A stretch of 64,000 nt of DNA from Tubulanus polymorphus (lineage: Eukaryota > Animalia > Nemertea): the NCBI RefSeq assembly GCF_964204645.1, contig NC_134032.1, forward strand, positions 5,754,275 through 5,818,274. Reading direction: 5' to 3'. Numbering within the stretch: position 1 is the first letter of the stretch; each line of letters opens with the position of its first letter. Shown piece after piece: positions 63,326 through 64,000 of the stretch. The translations under genes were made by a program, and so were the position numbers. The notes beneath the pieces were generated by a model that was not told the DNA's origin, made no database searches, and saw only the letters and a list, made by a program, of their open reading frames with translations.

Positions 63326-64000
63326 TCTCCTGTCCGCGGGACTGTGGGGTGTAGGGAGTAGAGAGCCTAAACAGACCAGCATGATCAGGGGCGGATCTAG
63401 GATTCATTGAAAACTTTTGAAAAATTCTCAGGAAATGGATTTTGAAAATGACTGTTTACCAGGCACATATACGCGTTACGGCCTAGCTGAAGGCTGGAGA
63501 CGTCACTAACATATATCTAATAATTGCTCGTAGCATCCTACGGCGTCATAGTTATAAAATACTGAGTCGCAACCCCACCCGGTTCTGATTCCGAGGCAGC
63601 GAAGGAACAATCTTATTTCATCTTCTTAATTCAACAAACAGTGGGTTTCTATTTGAAAATCTACATAAGTTGATCCGAAAAGATTCTGACCTAGAGCGCC
63701 AATGTCTGCCGGCTATTTACGCGAAAAAGCCCCCTTTAAATTTTTTTTCGAAAGGCATTAGAGGGGGTGCCTAGCCACGGTGGCTAGGCACCCCCTCTAA
63801 TGCCTTTCGAAAAAAAATTTGGCACCTTATTATTCACCCTGGAAATTTGCCTGTTTAAAGAAACTCGATCTATAGAAACCAAGGCCCAAGTCGGATATAG
63901 CATAGTATAGTGCCTTGGCGTAGAGTTAATAAGTTGTGCGGTTAATGTATCAGGGCATTAATACATTGGCGCATGAATACATTGATATTTGGGTATTAAT

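Overview
This is AT-rich eukaryotic (invertebrate animal) genomic DNA, with no prokaryotic operons or CRISPR arrays. From 1-11 kb lie the last spliced exons of a Q-rich p160/NCOA (Taiman/SRC-like) coactivator on the + strand, ending in LLQQLLSE*. From 20.6-29.1 kb lies a complete five-exon ribosomal protein L7 (uL30) gene on the - strand. Its introns hold four paralogous H/ACA snoRNAs and a long structured element followed by a consensus cryptic 5' splice site, a candidate autoregulatory AS-NMD switch. An ATG-less duplicate of the RPL7 TOP promoter/exon 1/intron 1 unit sits 1.6 kb upstream. From 35.3-39 kb is a decayed, very AT-rich Polinton/Maverick (adintovirus)-like gene cluster with TAAATG starts and an inverted repeat at its edge. 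From 43.4-50.9 kb is an RTE-X-like LINE interrupted by a young, intact Penelope-like element carrying hammerhead ribozymes. From 51.3-63.4 kb are two inverted arrays of a 59-bp satellite; a second LINE sits inside a satellite unit with a clear TSD. MITEs and Helentron-type non-autonomous repeats are scattered throughout. All calls come from reading the sequence by eye; family assignments rest on remembered motifs, not database searches.
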